The notes: generated by a model from the letters alone, not told the origin. DNA of 64,000 bases from an uncultured delta proteobacterium (GCA_963702565.1 CAVPDE010000016.1:320034-384033); one strand, 5' to 3'. Positions 9,346 to 18,999 are shown, numbered from the stretch's first letter. Numbers and translations are program-made.

Positions 9346-10227
9346 ATGATTCAGGAAACCAGGACAGCACTTGAAAGGGCAATCCAAGCTAAGGCCAAGC
9401 CGATCAAGGATCTGGTCGGGAGGGATGTTTCGGTCCTCGATGAGGTACATGCCGATTCCATCGCTCTTGACCTGGGGCTCACTCTCCTCATTGTTTATAA
9501 GGCAACGCTTGGCCTGGGTATCTATCCGCGCCGCTACCTGAGAAATCGAGACAGTATCTCTCTTCAGGATCAAATCAAACTCGCTGAATCAAGAGTCGGG
9601 GTGGTTGGAGCAGGTGGGCTTGGCGGAACCGTGATTCAGCTTCTGGGACGGATCGGTATCGGCCACATGACCGTTGTCGATTGCGATGTCTTCGATGAGA
9701 CTAACCTGAATCGTCAGGCCTTCTGCACCAGGGAATGGGTCGGTCAACCCAAAGCCCTCGCTGTTCAGACTCAGCTCAACTCCATAAACCCGGCCGTGGA
9801 GGTCGCTGCCCACATTGTTCGCCTCGACTCGGCCAACGGTCCGGGGATTCTGTCCGGCTGTCAGGTGATTGTGGATGCCCTTGACAATGTCAAAGACCGC
9901 CTGGCTCTGGAAGCTCTGGCCAAGAGCATGGGAGTTCCTTTTGTTCACGGGGCCCTTGCCGGTTTCGAGGGCCAGCTCATGACCGTGTTTCCCGAGGATC
10001 CGGGGCTCAAGCAGATCTACGGAAGCGGCGATGAAAGGGGCGACGCGGCCAACCGGCCTGAATTTCTTTTGGGCGTGCCGTCTATCACCCCTTCCCTTGT
10101 AGCCACTCTCGAGGCCATGGAAGTTCTTAAAATCTTGCTCAACCGTGGGACCACCTTCAGGAACAAAATGGTTTACATAGATCTTGAGAGAGGTGAGTGG
10201 AGCCAGTTCAGTTTTCAAGCCGAGTAA
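9346..10227 (+). CDS. ThiF/MoeB/HesA-family E1-like adenylyltransferase (copy 1)
   Basis: GVVGAGGLGG nucleotide loop and DCDVFDETNLNRQ motif, with an N-terminal extension of about 85 aa. Confidence 0.8.
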   Translation: MIQETRTALERAIQAKAKPIKDLVGRDVSVLDEVHADSIALDLGLTLLIVYKATLGLGIYPRRYLRNRDSISLQDQIKLAESRVGVVGAGGLGGTVIQLLGRIGIGHMTVVDCDVFDETNLNRQAFCTREWVGQPKALAVQTQLNSINPAVEVAAHIVRLDSANGPGILSGCQVIVDALDNVKDRLALEALAKSMGVPFVHGALAGFEGQLMTVFPEDPGLKQIYGSGDERGDAANRPEFLLGVPSITPSLVATLEAMEVLKILLNRGTTFRNKMVYIDLERGEWSQFSFQAE

Positions 10228-10246
10228 GTAGGGAGAGAAGCAAACA

Positions 10247-11071
10247 ATGAATTTCATTTCTGTTGATCACGAGAAATGCAACCAGGATGGTCTCTGTGCC
10301 AGTGAATGTCCTGCCCGGATCATCGTGATGGACCCGAAGGAAGACTATCCTGTGCCCACATCGGACTTCAAGGATTTTTGCCTGAAATGCGGCCACTGTG
10401 TGAGCATCTGTCCGACGGACGCTCTTCGCCTGGATTGGCTGGGTCCGGAGAAGTGCCCGGCCATGAAGAAGGAAATGGAAGTTACTCCTGAACAGGCCGA
10501 GCAGTTTCTCTGCGGCCGCCGTTCTATCCGGACCTTCAAAGACAAAAAGGTGCCCAGAAATATGCTTGAAAAACTGCTGCAAGTCGCCTGTTCCGCCCCA
10601 TCCGCCAAGAACCAGCAACCCTGGCATTGGATCGTGATCCAGGACTCTGTTGAGGTTCGGAAAATTGCGGGCATGGTCATCGACGCGATGCGCATGGTTA
10701 TTCAGGCTGACCCTCAAAAAGCGATGACCATGGGATTTCAACGTGCGGTGGCGAGCTGGGATCAAGGGTACGATCGCATCTGCCGCGGGGCGCCCCACCT
10801 CATCGTAGCGCACGCGGACAAGAACTGGGTCTTCGGGCCTGAGGATACGGCATTGGCCTTGAGCCTGCTGGACCTCTACGCGACGAGCCTGGGATTGGGA
10901 GCCTGCTGGGCCGGCTATGTGTACAAAACCGTGAATGTCTATCCGCCCTTGTTTGAGGCCCTGGGCCTGCCTGCTGATCACCTCGCTTTCGGGGCGATGA
11001 TGATCGGATATCCCAAGTTCAAATACCGGCGTATTCCCGTGCGCAACAAGCCGCGCGTGACCTGGAAATAG
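10247..11071 (+). CDS. ferredoxin-domain / nitroreductase-family fusion protein
   Basis: N-terminal Cys motifs (GLCASECP, CGHCVSICP), then nitroreductase-like RRSIRTF and SAPSAKNQQPW. Confidence 0.8.
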   Translation: MNFISVDHEKCNQDGLCASECPARIIVMDPKEDYPVPTSDFKDFCLKCGHCVSICPTDALRLDWLGPEKCPAMKKEMEVTPEQAEQFLCGRRSIRTFKDKKVPRNMLEKLLQVACSAPSAKNQQPWHWIVIQDSVEVRKIAGMVIDAMRMVIQADPQKAMTMGFQRAVASWDQGYDRICRGAPHLIVAHADKNWVFGPEDTALALSLLDLYATSLGLGACWAGYVYKTVNVYPPLFEALGLPADHLAFGAMMIGYPKFKYRRIPVRNKPRVTWK

Positions 11072-11080
11072 GAGAGAAAG

Positions 11081-12031
11081 ATGGATCATGGATTATCACA
11101 ATACGAGGCACGGGAGCGTCTCCTCTGGTTTCTGTTCTTGCTGCTTTGCGCTCTCTTGGCCTTGCCTGCAATGTGGATTCATCTCGCCGGAGTTCCCCGC
11201 ACTCCTGTCATAGCGACGACCTCTGAGGCCCTCAAGACTTACGGGTTCTGGGCACAGCGCCACTGGATCCATGTGGGCCCCCTTGGGAAGGTGCTGGCTT
11301 ACCTGGCGTGGGCTGCAGTTTTGTTCATCGTGGCCCGTTGCTTGTGGCTCATCGCCCAGTTTATCGGGAAGGGGTTTCTTCTCAGGGACTTGCGCGAGAT
11401 GATGTCGAGCGTGAAGAGCCGCCAAGCCGCCAAACTTTCGGATTCGACAACCGATGTTCAGAACAAACCTTATGCCGGGTTTGCTCTGATGGTCAGCCGT
11501 CTGAACCGCCCCTCCCGTTTTCTGTTTCATGCTTTTAGAAGAGCTCAAACCACGCTGTCCTCCACAGCGGCAATGCCTTTCACCGACGGCCTGCTCGAGC
11601 GCCAGCAGCGCCTCTCTGATATGGATCAGCAGATATTCAGGACTTCCTGGACTGCTTTTCGCTGGATAATGCTTCTCATGCCCATCCTCGCAGCCCTGCA
11701 AAGCTTCTGGCTGATCTACTCTGAGAGGCAGCTCTTCCTTGGCAAGCAGAGTGGACTCGAACAGTTCGCCAACGCTTTTTGGCCCGCCATGCTTCCTGTG
11801 GTCCAGTTGACGGTTCTGGCGGTTTTTCTGGGACTGGTGTCTGCCTTTCTGAGTCGGGTGGAAAGCCTCTATCTGGCAAACCTCGACGCATCGCTTTACG
11901 ATCAAATGCTTTCCGAATTACCTATCCGCAGTTCAGACACTCTGATCATACTTCAATCGCTGCAGAGCCACTTCCGTGAACTTCAGGGTGGACTGAAACG
12001 CTTGGAGCTCGAAATAAAGAACAAGAAGTGA
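11081..12031 (+). CDS. hypothetical membrane protein
   Basis: 316 aa with several hydrophobic helices and a C-terminal coiled-coil-like tail. No family was recognised. Confidence 0.5.
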   Translation: MDHGLSQYEARERLLWFLFLLLCALLALPAMWIHLAGVPRTPVIATTSEALKTYGFWAQRHWIHVGPLGKVLAYLAWAAVLFIVARCLWLIAQFIGKGFLLRDLREMMSSVKSRQAAKLSDSTTDVQNKPYAGFALMVSRLNRPSRFLFHAFRRAQTTLSSTAAMPFTDGLLERQQRLSDMDQQIFRTSWTAFRWIMLLMPILAALQSFWLIYSERQLFLGKQSGLEQFANAFWPAMLPVVQLTVLAVFLGLVSAFLSRVESLYLANLDASLYDQMLSELPIRSSDTLIILQSLQSHFRELQGGLKRLELEIKNKK

Positions 12032-12129
12032 CAAGACGTTTCGGCTTTTGAACTGGTCACTAGAAAAGGTCATGGCCCATGCACTCAGCCAGAAGCGTTC
12101 AGGTTCCAAAAGCCAGAATCCTGCGGGAA

Positions 12130-13299
12130 CTATTTTTCCAGGAAATCCCTGCGGCTGAGTGACAGGTCAATGGTGGTTTCCATGACCAGTCCGCCCCGCA
12201 GGAATTTCACCGGCAGCCGATCCGAGGCGCCGAAACGCTTATTGGCGTCCACAAGGCAATCACTGCTGCACGCCTCCTCTTCGCCGAAGGAAATCACCAG
12301 ATCCCCTCCCAAGAGAAATTCGCGGCCCAGCATCCGCGCCTGCACAGAGCCGCCCTGTAAGCCCGCTTTGTCCGCAGGGCTGCCTTTGGCCACCCGTTCG
12401 ATGAGCAACCCCCCTTTCAGATCGCGGTTCAGCAACCTGGCCACCCCTTCTGCGTTCAGATAAATCCCTTCAATGCCGAGCCAGAAACGATCTTTGAAGG
12501 AAAGGAGCGCCTTGGCCGTGTTGATGGGCACAACGAAGCCGATGCCCTGAAAACCGCCACTCACCGAAAGGATCCGGGACGCGATGCCGACCACTTGTCC
12601 CTTGGAGTTCAGCAAAGGTCCGCCGCTGTTCCCCACATTGATGGCGGCATCGGTCTGGATGAATTTTGCCGGAATCGTGCCGTCGTAGAAGCGGCCGAAG
12701 TCGCGAAACCCGCTGATATGCCCCACGGAAAAGGAATTTTCAAGGCCGTAGGGGCTCCCTATGGCATAGGCCGCCTGCCCGACGACCAAACGGTCCGAAT
12801 CTCCGAGTTCCGCATGCGGATGGCCAGGCACCGGCTCGATGAACCTGATCAGGGCAATGTCCGCACCGGTCTCACTAAAGAGAAATTCCGCCGGGTGCAA
12901 CTTCTCGTCCTGAGTCTTCACCATGATTTCTTCTGCGCCGCTGACCACGTGGGCCGCGGTGAGGACATGGCACTGCGCCGAGATCAACACCCCGCTTCCA
13001 ACCGCCTTCTGCTGCACCTCCCTCCCATCCTGAAAGGCCCTCTGGGAAGTCAAGATGGTGACTACAGAAGGCAGGATTCTACGGTAAACGCGGGCCGATT
13101 GAACCTCATCCCCGGTGAGATAATCAGGGAGGGTTCGTTCCTTGGGACCGGCGCCAACTTCGGTCGAACAGGAAGCAGTCACAAAGGCACACAAAAAACC
13201 AGCCAGGACAAGAAGCAGATGGTTCACGGTCTCCGAATGCTTCCGCGGCCTTGTCGTCATAGCGGCATTCCCTGTCATGAGCAATTCTCCTCTTTTCAA
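12130..13299 (-). CDS. HtrA/DegP-like trypsin-family serine protease with PDZ domain
   Basis: TAAHVV (His), GNSGGPL (Ser) and a C-terminal PDZ-like GSPADKAGLQ. The N-terminal hydrophobic segment ends ...TASC (possible lipobox). Confidence 0.8.
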   Translation of the reverse strand: MKRGELLMTGNAAMTTRPRKHSETVNHLLLVLAGFLCAFVTASCSTEVGAGPKERTLPDYLTGDEVQSARVYRRILPSVVTILTSQRAFQDGREVQQKAVGSGVLISAQCHVLTAAHVVSGAEEIMVKTQDEKLHPAEFLFSETGADIALIRFIEPVPGHPHAELGDSDRLVVGQAAYAIGSPYGLENSFSVGHISGFRDFGRFYDGTIPAKFIQTDAAINVGNSGGPLLNSKGQVVGIASRILSVSGGFQGIGFVVPINTAKALLSFKDRFWLGIEGIYLNAEGVARLLNRDLKGGLLIERVAKGSPADKAGLQGGSVQARMLGREFLLGGDLVISFGEEEACSSDCLVDANKRFGASDRLPVKFLRGGLVMETTIDLSLSRRDFLEK

Positions 13300-13371
13300 C
13301 TATACCAGTCCGCTGAAGCACAATCAAAGCAGATTTGCGCCCAGGGCAACCCGCGTGGTCGCAGTTCGTGC

Positions 13372-14754
13372 TCACTTTTTCTTGAGCTCGTACTCCTTGA
13401 TCTTGGCGTCCAGCGTCGGTCGGCTGATCTCCAGGATCTTGGCCGCCTGAGTGAGGTTGCCTCCTGTGCGTTCAAGGGCTTTCTGGATGAGATCCCTTTC
13501 CAGCCAGGTGGACGCCTTGCGGATGGAGAGACTGTCCTCCGGAAAGCGGGCCGGCATGGAGGTATAATCCGAGGGGATGTGAGTTCTGATGTGGGTGGGG
13601 AGATCCTCCGGCGTGATAAACCGGCCTTTTGCAAGCAGCACAGCCCGTTCGATCACGTTCTCCAACTCACGGATGTTGCCGGGCCAGGGGTATCGCGTGA
13701 GAATCGGCATGGCCTCGGAAGAGAGCGCTTCCAGGTCTTTTTGAAGTTTCTTATTGAACATGTCGATGAAGTATCCGACCAGAAGCGGGATATCCCCTGT
13801 CCTCTCCCTGAGAGGGGGCAGGTGAATGGTCATCACGTTGATGCGATAGAAAAGATCTTCCCGAAATCTCCCCTCTTCAATTTCCTTTCGGAGATCTTTG
13901 GACGTGGCAGCGATCACTCTCACGTCGATCTTCTTGGCCCCCACCCCTCCGAGCGGGGTGATTTCCTCTTCCTGGAGCACCCGAAGCAGTTTCACCTGAA
14001 GAGGAAGGGGCAGTTCTCCGATCTCGTCGAGGAACATGGTGCCGGTGTTTGCCTCTTCGAACCTGCCTGGCTTGTCCTTTACCGCATCCGTGAAAGCGCC
14101 CCGCTTGTAGCCGAAAAGCTCGCTTTCAAGAAGGTTCTCGGGAATGCTGCCGCAGTTGATGGACACCATGGGGGCGGAGGCTCTTGCTCCGCTGCTGTGA
14201 ACCTCCCTTGCGATCAGATCTTTTCCCGTGCCGCTCTCCCCCGTGATCAGGACCGTGGTCTTGTGGTCCGCCACTTTCTTGACGAGATCAAACACATGGC
14301 GCATGGGTTCACTTCGGGCCTTGATGTTTTCGAAGGAGTACCGCTGGCTCTTCTCTTCCTTGAGTTTTATGTTTTCCGCCTTGAGACGCTCGCGCTCCTC
14401 AGCCTTCTTCAGGGTTAGAAGAACCTCATCGGTCTTGAAGGGCTTTGAGATGTAGTCATAGGCTCCGATTTTCATCGCTTCAAGGGCATCGTCCATATTG
14501 CCGAAGGCGGACATCATGATGAAGGTCTTTTCCGGGTATTTCTCGTGAGCGCTCTTCAGGAAAGCCATGCCGTCCATTTTCGGCATGCGGAGATCGCAGA
14601 GGATAAAATCAAACTCCGCCTTACTCATCTTTTCCAGGCCTTCCGCCCCGTTTGAAGCCGTCTCAGCGGCATAGCCGGCCTTTTTGAGCATGATCTGGAG
14701 CATATGGCGCATGTTCTTTTCATCGTCAATGACGAGCACGCGATTGCCGGACAT
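13372..14754 (-). CDS. sigma54-dependent response regulator (NtrC/PilR class)
   Basis: Receiver domain (DDEKNM...D...K), AAA+ sigma54-interaction domain (GESGTGK, GAFTDA, ESELFGY) and a C-terminal Fis-type HTH. Confidence 0.9.
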   Translation of the reverse strand: MSGNRVLVIDDEKNMRHMLQIMLKKAGYAAETASNGAEGLEKMSKAEFDFILCDLRMPKMDGMAFLKSAHEKYPEKTFIMMSAFGNMDDALEAMKIGAYDYISKPFKTDEVLLTLKKAEERERLKAENIKLKEEKSQRYSFENIKARSEPMRHVFDLVKKVADHKTTVLITGESGTGKDLIAREVHSSGARASAPMVSINCGSIPENLLESELFGYKRGAFTDAVKDKPGRFEEANTGTMFLDEIGELPLPLQVKLLRVLQEEEITPLGGVGAKKIDVRVIAATSKDLRKEIEEGRFREDLFYRINVMTIHLPPLRERTGDIPLLVGYFIDMFNKKLQKDLEALSSEAMPILTRYPWPGNIRELENVIERAVLLAKGRFITPEDLPTHIRTHIPSDYTSMPARFPEDSLSIRKASTWLERDLIQKALERTGGNLTQAAKILEISRPTLDAKIKEYELKKK

Positions 14755-14821
14755 GGTGTCTATCCCTCGACTCTCTCGCTTTAGAATCTTAGTCTGTACC
14801 TTCCACGCAAACTGCTTAGAA

Positions 14822-14970
14822 GTTCAAAAGCGAACCCGCCCGAGGCGGATAAACCGCAGAATATCGAATAACGAATGTCGAATTCCGAAGGCAACTGCAG
14901 GAGGGGTTAACTTCATCCTTCGAAGTTTCTTGTTCGATATTCGACATTCGGGCTTCGTGCTTTCTTTTGG
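14822..14970. repeat. CGAA-word mosaic hairpin repeat, copy A (between HK and RR genes)
   Basis: Shares exact blocks gttcaaaagcgaacc (14822-14836) and gcagaatatcgaataacgaat (14856-14876) with the reverse complement of 42081-42116. Internal nested inverted repeats are present (cgaatgtcgaat / attcgacattcg). Confidence 0.75.
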
Positions 14971-14989
14971 TTGCGGCCAAAGGCCCGCA

Positions 14990-16528
14990 TTACGCTTCAT
15001 ACAGAGGAAGGGACACGATGATCGTCGCCCCTTCACCGGACTTGCTTTCCGCCCGGATCGCCCCCCCCATCCCTTCCACAATCCTGTAGCAAACAGACAA
15101 TCCCAGGCCGGTCCCTTTGCCCGGCTCTTTTGTGGTGTAGAAGGGATCAAAGATACGGACAAGTTCCTTGTCCGGTATGCCCGGACCGTTGTCGGAAAAT
15201 CTCAGCTCGATGGATCCTTCGATCTTCTCGCTCCGGATGGTGAGTTGCTTTATGGTCCCTTCTCCCTTGCCTCCGGCAAGAGCATCCGCAGCGTTCATGA
15301 TAAGGTTCAGAAACACCTGCTGCAACTGGTTCGGATCTGCAAGGACCGTGTCCTTATGAGCTTTGAGCTCCAGCACCGTCCGAACGCCCTCCATCATGGG
15401 CTGCGGCTCCAGCATCGCCAAGGTCATTCTCACCAGGTCATGAACCCGGGTTTTTTCAGGTTCCCCGTTGGAGGGCCGGGAGAAATCGAGCAACTGGCGG
15501 ATGATCCGGTTGACCCGGACGATCTCGGACTCAATTCGGCTCAGGAAGTCCTTTTTGTCCGCCTCGGTGATGTCCCCGGAGTTGAGCAGGTCCAGATACC
15601 CGAGGATAATGCCGATGGGATTGCCGATCTCGTGAGCGATCCCTGCGGCAAGCCTGCCCACAGAAGCGAGTTTTTCCGACCGGATGATTTCGTCCTGCGC
15701 CTGACGGAGATCCCGATTCACCTTTTCGAGAGACGAAATATGGGATTGGAGATCCCGCTTGTTCTCGTCGAGGCGCCTTAGCATGTGGCTCAGCGACCGG
15801 GTCAGGTCACCGATCTCGTTTTTGGAGGACTCAGGCAAGGAAGGGACCATAAAGCCGTCCTTGTAAGCTCCGGTCATGGCGAGAAGCTTGTCGATCGGTT
15901 TGACCACGATTCGCGAAAGAAGGACGTAGCCCACAAGGACGAGGACCACCGTATCCATGAGGATATAGAAAAGAATCACCATCTGCGAACTTCTGAGGGT
16001 CTCGTAGAGCGGAAGGAGGGAGCCGGAAACCGTGATGGCCCCGAGCGGTCTGCCGTCCAGGGAAAGGGGAGCCGAGATCCTCACGTCGCTCTTGCTCAGC
16101 CAGATGACACTCCAAGCCGTGCCGCTGAAATGATGGGACCAGATTCCGGTAGAGAGCGCTTCCCTGGCAGAGACGAGGTACTGCTCCTCGGCATCCGAGG
16201 AGAAGTCGGTCGTGAAGATTCTGTTCCCCTCCGAATTGATGATCAGGATATCCGAGAAGCCGGAGTCCCCCAGCATGCGGCTGACCCCTTTTCGGAAATC
16301 AAAGTCCAGGTCCGCTTCGGTGATCCTCTTGGTCTTGCCCGCCACCTGGGGCCCGAGGGTCTGCTCCACCGCCCGGATGAGAAGACGGCCGTTGAGGAGC
16401 TTTTCCTGAGTGAGGTCTCTTTCTGCGAACTTGACCATGACCACGTTGATCAAGAGCATGGCAGCAATGATCAAGAAGGTGAGTTGCGCCAGGATCCCTG
16501 TTCTCAGGCTATAGACCGGGAATTTCAA
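14990..16528 (-). CDS. membrane sensor histidine kinase (HAMP-HisKA-HATPase)
   Basis: Two N-terminal TM segments, H-box AAGIAHEIGNP, N/G boxes (NLIMNAADA, DNGPGI, GTGLGLS). Confidence 0.85.
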   Translation of the reverse strand: MKFPVYSLRTGILAQLTFLIIAAMLLINVVMVKFAERDLTQEKLLNGRLLIRAVEQTLGPQVAGKTKRITEADLDFDFRKGVSRMLGDSGFSDILIINSEGNRIFTTDFSSDAEEQYLVSAREALSTGIWSHHFSGTAWSVIWLSKSDVRISAPLSLDGRPLGAITVSGSLLPLYETLRSSQMVILFYILMDTVVLVLVGYVLLSRIVVKPIDKLLAMTGAYKDGFMVPSLPESSKNEIGDLTRSLSHMLRRLDENKRDLQSHISSLEKVNRDLRQAQDEIIRSEKLASVGRLAAGIAHEIGNPIGIILGYLDLLNSGDITEADKKDFLSRIESEIVRVNRIIRQLLDFSRPSNGEPEKTRVHDLVRMTLAMLEPQPMMEGVRTVLELKAHKDTVLADPNQLQQVFLNLIMNAADALAGGKGEGTIKQLTIRSEKIEGSIELRFSDNGPGIPDKELVRIFDPFYTTKEPGKGTGLGLSVCYRIVEGMGGAIRAESKSGEGATIIVSLPLYEA

Positions 16529-16540
16529 CGATGTCTTCCT

Positions 16541-17389
16541 CTACCTCCCCAAGCGATAAAACCACAGGGCAATCTCATCCCCAGAAAACAGGAAAAGCAA
16601 GGCCCCCAGAGCCAGGAACGGCCCGAAAGGAATGCGGGACCTCATCCCTTGCCGGCTGACCACCAGGGAAAACCCGCCGATCACCGCACCGGTGAAAGAG
16701 GAAATGAGAATGATGAACGGCAGGGCCTTCCAGCCCATCCATGCGCCGATCATGGCAAGAAGCTTCACATCTCCTCCTCCCATCCCTTCCCGGCCAGTCA
16801 CCTTCTCAAAGGCCATGCCCACCAAAAGCAGAAAGGCGGCTCCGCCTGCGGCTCCGATCAGCGCATCGAGAGGGGAGATCCCTGCGGAAGGGAAAAAGGA
16901 AAAGGCCAGCCCCACAAGGATTCCCGGAAGGGAGATCACATCCGGGATGATCTTGTGATCGAGGTCGATGAAAGCGACCGTGACCAGGGCCGCCGCGAAA
17001 AGAAAGAGAAAAAGGTACTGAAGGCTCGGCCCGCACTGAATGAACAGAACGACGCTCAACAACCCGACGATCACTTCCACGACCGGATATCTGGGAGAAA
17101 TGCGGGCGCGGCATTGCCGGCACCGGCCCAGGAGCACGATGTAGCTGAGCACCGGGATGTTGTCGTAGAATCGGATTCGGCTGCCGCACAGCGGGCAGCT
17201 CGACGGAGGGTGCACAATGGATTTCTTGAGAGGGATGCGGTAAATGCAAACGTTGAGGAAGCTCCCCACCGCCAGGCCGAACAAGAATGCGAACACGATT
17301 CCCACCGTCAACTGGAACTCCTCCCTAGGAAGCGTAGAGCATGGAGCCAAGAGCAAAGAGAAAGCCTTCCCCCCCTCGCGCAGGTTCAC
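16541..17389 (-). CDS. pilD: prepilin peptidase (A24 family); start uncertain
   Basis: GSFLNVCIYRIP, the zinc-finger pairs CPLCG...CRQC and Asp motifs (IDLD, GGGDVKL). The true start may be a TTG/GTG near 17305-17311. Confidence 0.8.
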   Translation of the reverse strand: MNLREGGKAFSLLLAPCSTLPREEFQLTVGIVFAFLFGLAVGSFLNVCIYRIPLKKSIVHPPSSCPLCGSRIRFYDNIPVLSYIVLLGRCRQCRARISPRYPVVEVIVGLLSVVLFIQCGPSLQYLFLFLFAAALVTVAFIDLDHKIIPDVISLPGILVGLAFSFFPSAGISPLDALIGAAGGAAFLLLVGMAFEKVTGREGMGGGDVKLLAMIGAWMGWKALPFIILISSFTGAVIGGFSLVVSRQGMRSRIPFGPFLALGALLFLFSGDEIALWFYRLGR

Positions 17390-17436
17390 AGAACAAGATT
17401 GACAGACCGCACCGTTTGGGGCACTATGACGGCACC

Positions 17437-18027
17437 ATGATCCTGTCCATCAATCCAGATAACCCGCAAAAGCGCCTGATCACGCGGGTTTGTGAAGTCC
17501 TTGAGCGAGGAGGCCTCATCGCTTATCCGACCGACACCTTTTACGGCATCGGGTGCGATCTGGTGAACAAGAAGGGAATCCAGCTCATCCACAAGCTCAA
17601 GAACAGGCCTCTCAAGCAGCCCTTTTCGATCCTCTGTGACAGTCTGAAGGAGATCAGCCTCTACGCCCAGGTCTCCAACTATGCCTACAAGACCATGAAG
17701 CGGTGTCTTCCCGGACCCTACACGTTCATCCTGGAAGCGAGCCAGCTCGTTCCCAAGATCATGCTCACGAAGCGCAAAACCATCGGCATCCGCGTGCCGA
17801 ACAACGAGATCTGCCTGGCCATTGTGAGGACCCTCGGCAGGCCCATTATCAGCACCAGTGCCGGCAAGGATGAACCCTACGCGATAGAAGAAGCGTTTTC
17901 ACCGCACCTGAGCCTGATCGTCGACGGAGGCCCCATCTATCCCGAACCTTCCAGCGTGATCTCTCTCATCGGAGATATGCCCGAGGTCATCCGCGAGGGT
18001 AAAGGGGACGTGAGCCTCTTTGTTTGA
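17437..18027 (+). CDS. tsaC: Sua5/YciO/YrdC/TsaC-family L-threonylcarbamoyladenylate synthase
   Basis: ATG at 17437. The sequence (IAYPTDTFYGIGCD, KNRPLKQPFSIL, GIRVPN, STSA) is typical of YrdC-domain proteins. Confidence 0.8.
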   Translation: MILSINPDNPQKRLITRVCEVLERGGLIAYPTDTFYGIGCDLVNKKGIQLIHKLKNRPLKQPFSILCDSLKEISLYAQVSNYAYKTMKRCLPGPYTFILEASQLVPKIMLTKRKTIGIRVPNNEICLAIVRTLGRPIISTSAGKDEPYAIEEAFSPHLSLIVDGGPIYPEPSSVISLIGDMPEVIREGKGDVSLFV

Positions 18028-18030
18028 TCT

Positions 18031-18927
18031 TCAGGGAACTCCCTCCCACCGGTATTCCAGACGCACCCTTAAGGCATCTTGAACAGCCCTGACCACAGCC
18101 TGTGACGTGTCTTGAAGGAAAAGGTCCCACCACTTTCCCCGGGGTTTCTTGGGGTACACCAGGGTCACTTCGCCCTTGATCCCCGCCACGGTCCTGGCAA
18201 GCTCCACCGCGTCTTCGAAATTTCCGAGCTGATCCACGAGGCCCAGATCCTTGCACTGAGCGCCTGACAGAACACGGCCGTCGGCGATCTCGCGAACCTT
18301 TTCTACAGGAAGATTTCTCCCCTGGGCGACGGCCTCCACGAATTGCCGCTGAACATCAAACACCAGGGTCCTAATCATTTCCCGGTCCCGCTCGGAGAGC
18401 TTTCGATGGAAGGATCCGATGTCCTTGAACTCCCCGGTCTTGAGCACTTCCACGCTCACACCGACCTTCTTGAGCAGCTCTTCAACCTGCACGAACTCCA
18501 TGATCACGCCGATACTGCCGGCCAGGGTGCCCGGATTGGCGACAATCTGGTTCGCTGCCGAAGCCACGTAGTACCCTCCCGAGGCGGCAAGGCTCCCCAG
18601 AGAGGCAATCACTTTTTTCTTTTCGATGGTTTTCCTGATTTCCCGGTAGATTTCCTGGGACGGCCCCACGCTCCCGCCCGGCGAGTTGACTCTCAGGATG
18701 ATCGCCTTGATCCTGCGGTCTTTCCTGAACTCAACCAGTTGGGCGACAAGGGTGTCTGATTGGGTGATGGTTCCGTCGATAGGCAGGACGCCGATCTTCT
18801 CTTTGAAGGAAAACGCCTCGGAAGGACCGGCCACGAAAAAAAAGAGGGTCAGAACAAGGCCCAGAAAAAGACCGACCGCTACCAGGATGATGAGAACCGC
18901 AAGTATGGGATGCTTTTTCCCTGACAT
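18031..18927 (-). CDS. sppA: signal peptide peptidase SppA (36K type)
   Basis: N-terminal TM, NSPGGSV and SLAASGGYY motifs. Confidence 0.85.
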   Translation of the reverse strand: MSGKKHPILAVLIILVAVGLFLGLVLTLFFFVAGPSEAFSFKEKIGVLPIDGTITQSDTLVAQLVEFRKDRRIKAIILRVNSPGGSVGPSQEIYREIRKTIEKKKVIASLGSLAASGGYYVASAANQIVANPGTLAGSIGVIMEFVQVEELLKKVGVSVEVLKTGEFKDIGSFHRKLSERDREMIRTLVFDVQRQFVEAVAQGRNLPVEKVREIADGRVLSGAQCKDLGLVDQLGNFEDAVELARTVAGIKGEVTLVYPKKPRGKWWDLFLQDTSQAVVRAVQDALRVRLEYRWEGVP

Positions 18928-18999
18928 AGGTCTGAGTGATCCTTTTAGCTCCCCGCTTCTTGTTTCACATCCCTGCGGTTATTCTCCTCTGCTCGTCTC

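Noticed and set aside
12595-14418. 607-aa plus-strand ORF overlapping the HtrA-like and sigma54 regulator genes. Similar long antisense ORFs occur at 962-2008, 6536-7651, 14684-15781, 15785-17440, 37605-39341, 39870-41153, 42079-42903, 49214-50512, 55745-56668 and 59768-60634
   Set aside because: Each lies opposite a gene with clear family motifs. Each has low-complexity Arg/Gly/Pro/His-rich composition and crosses gene boundaries. They are treated as non-coding shadows.
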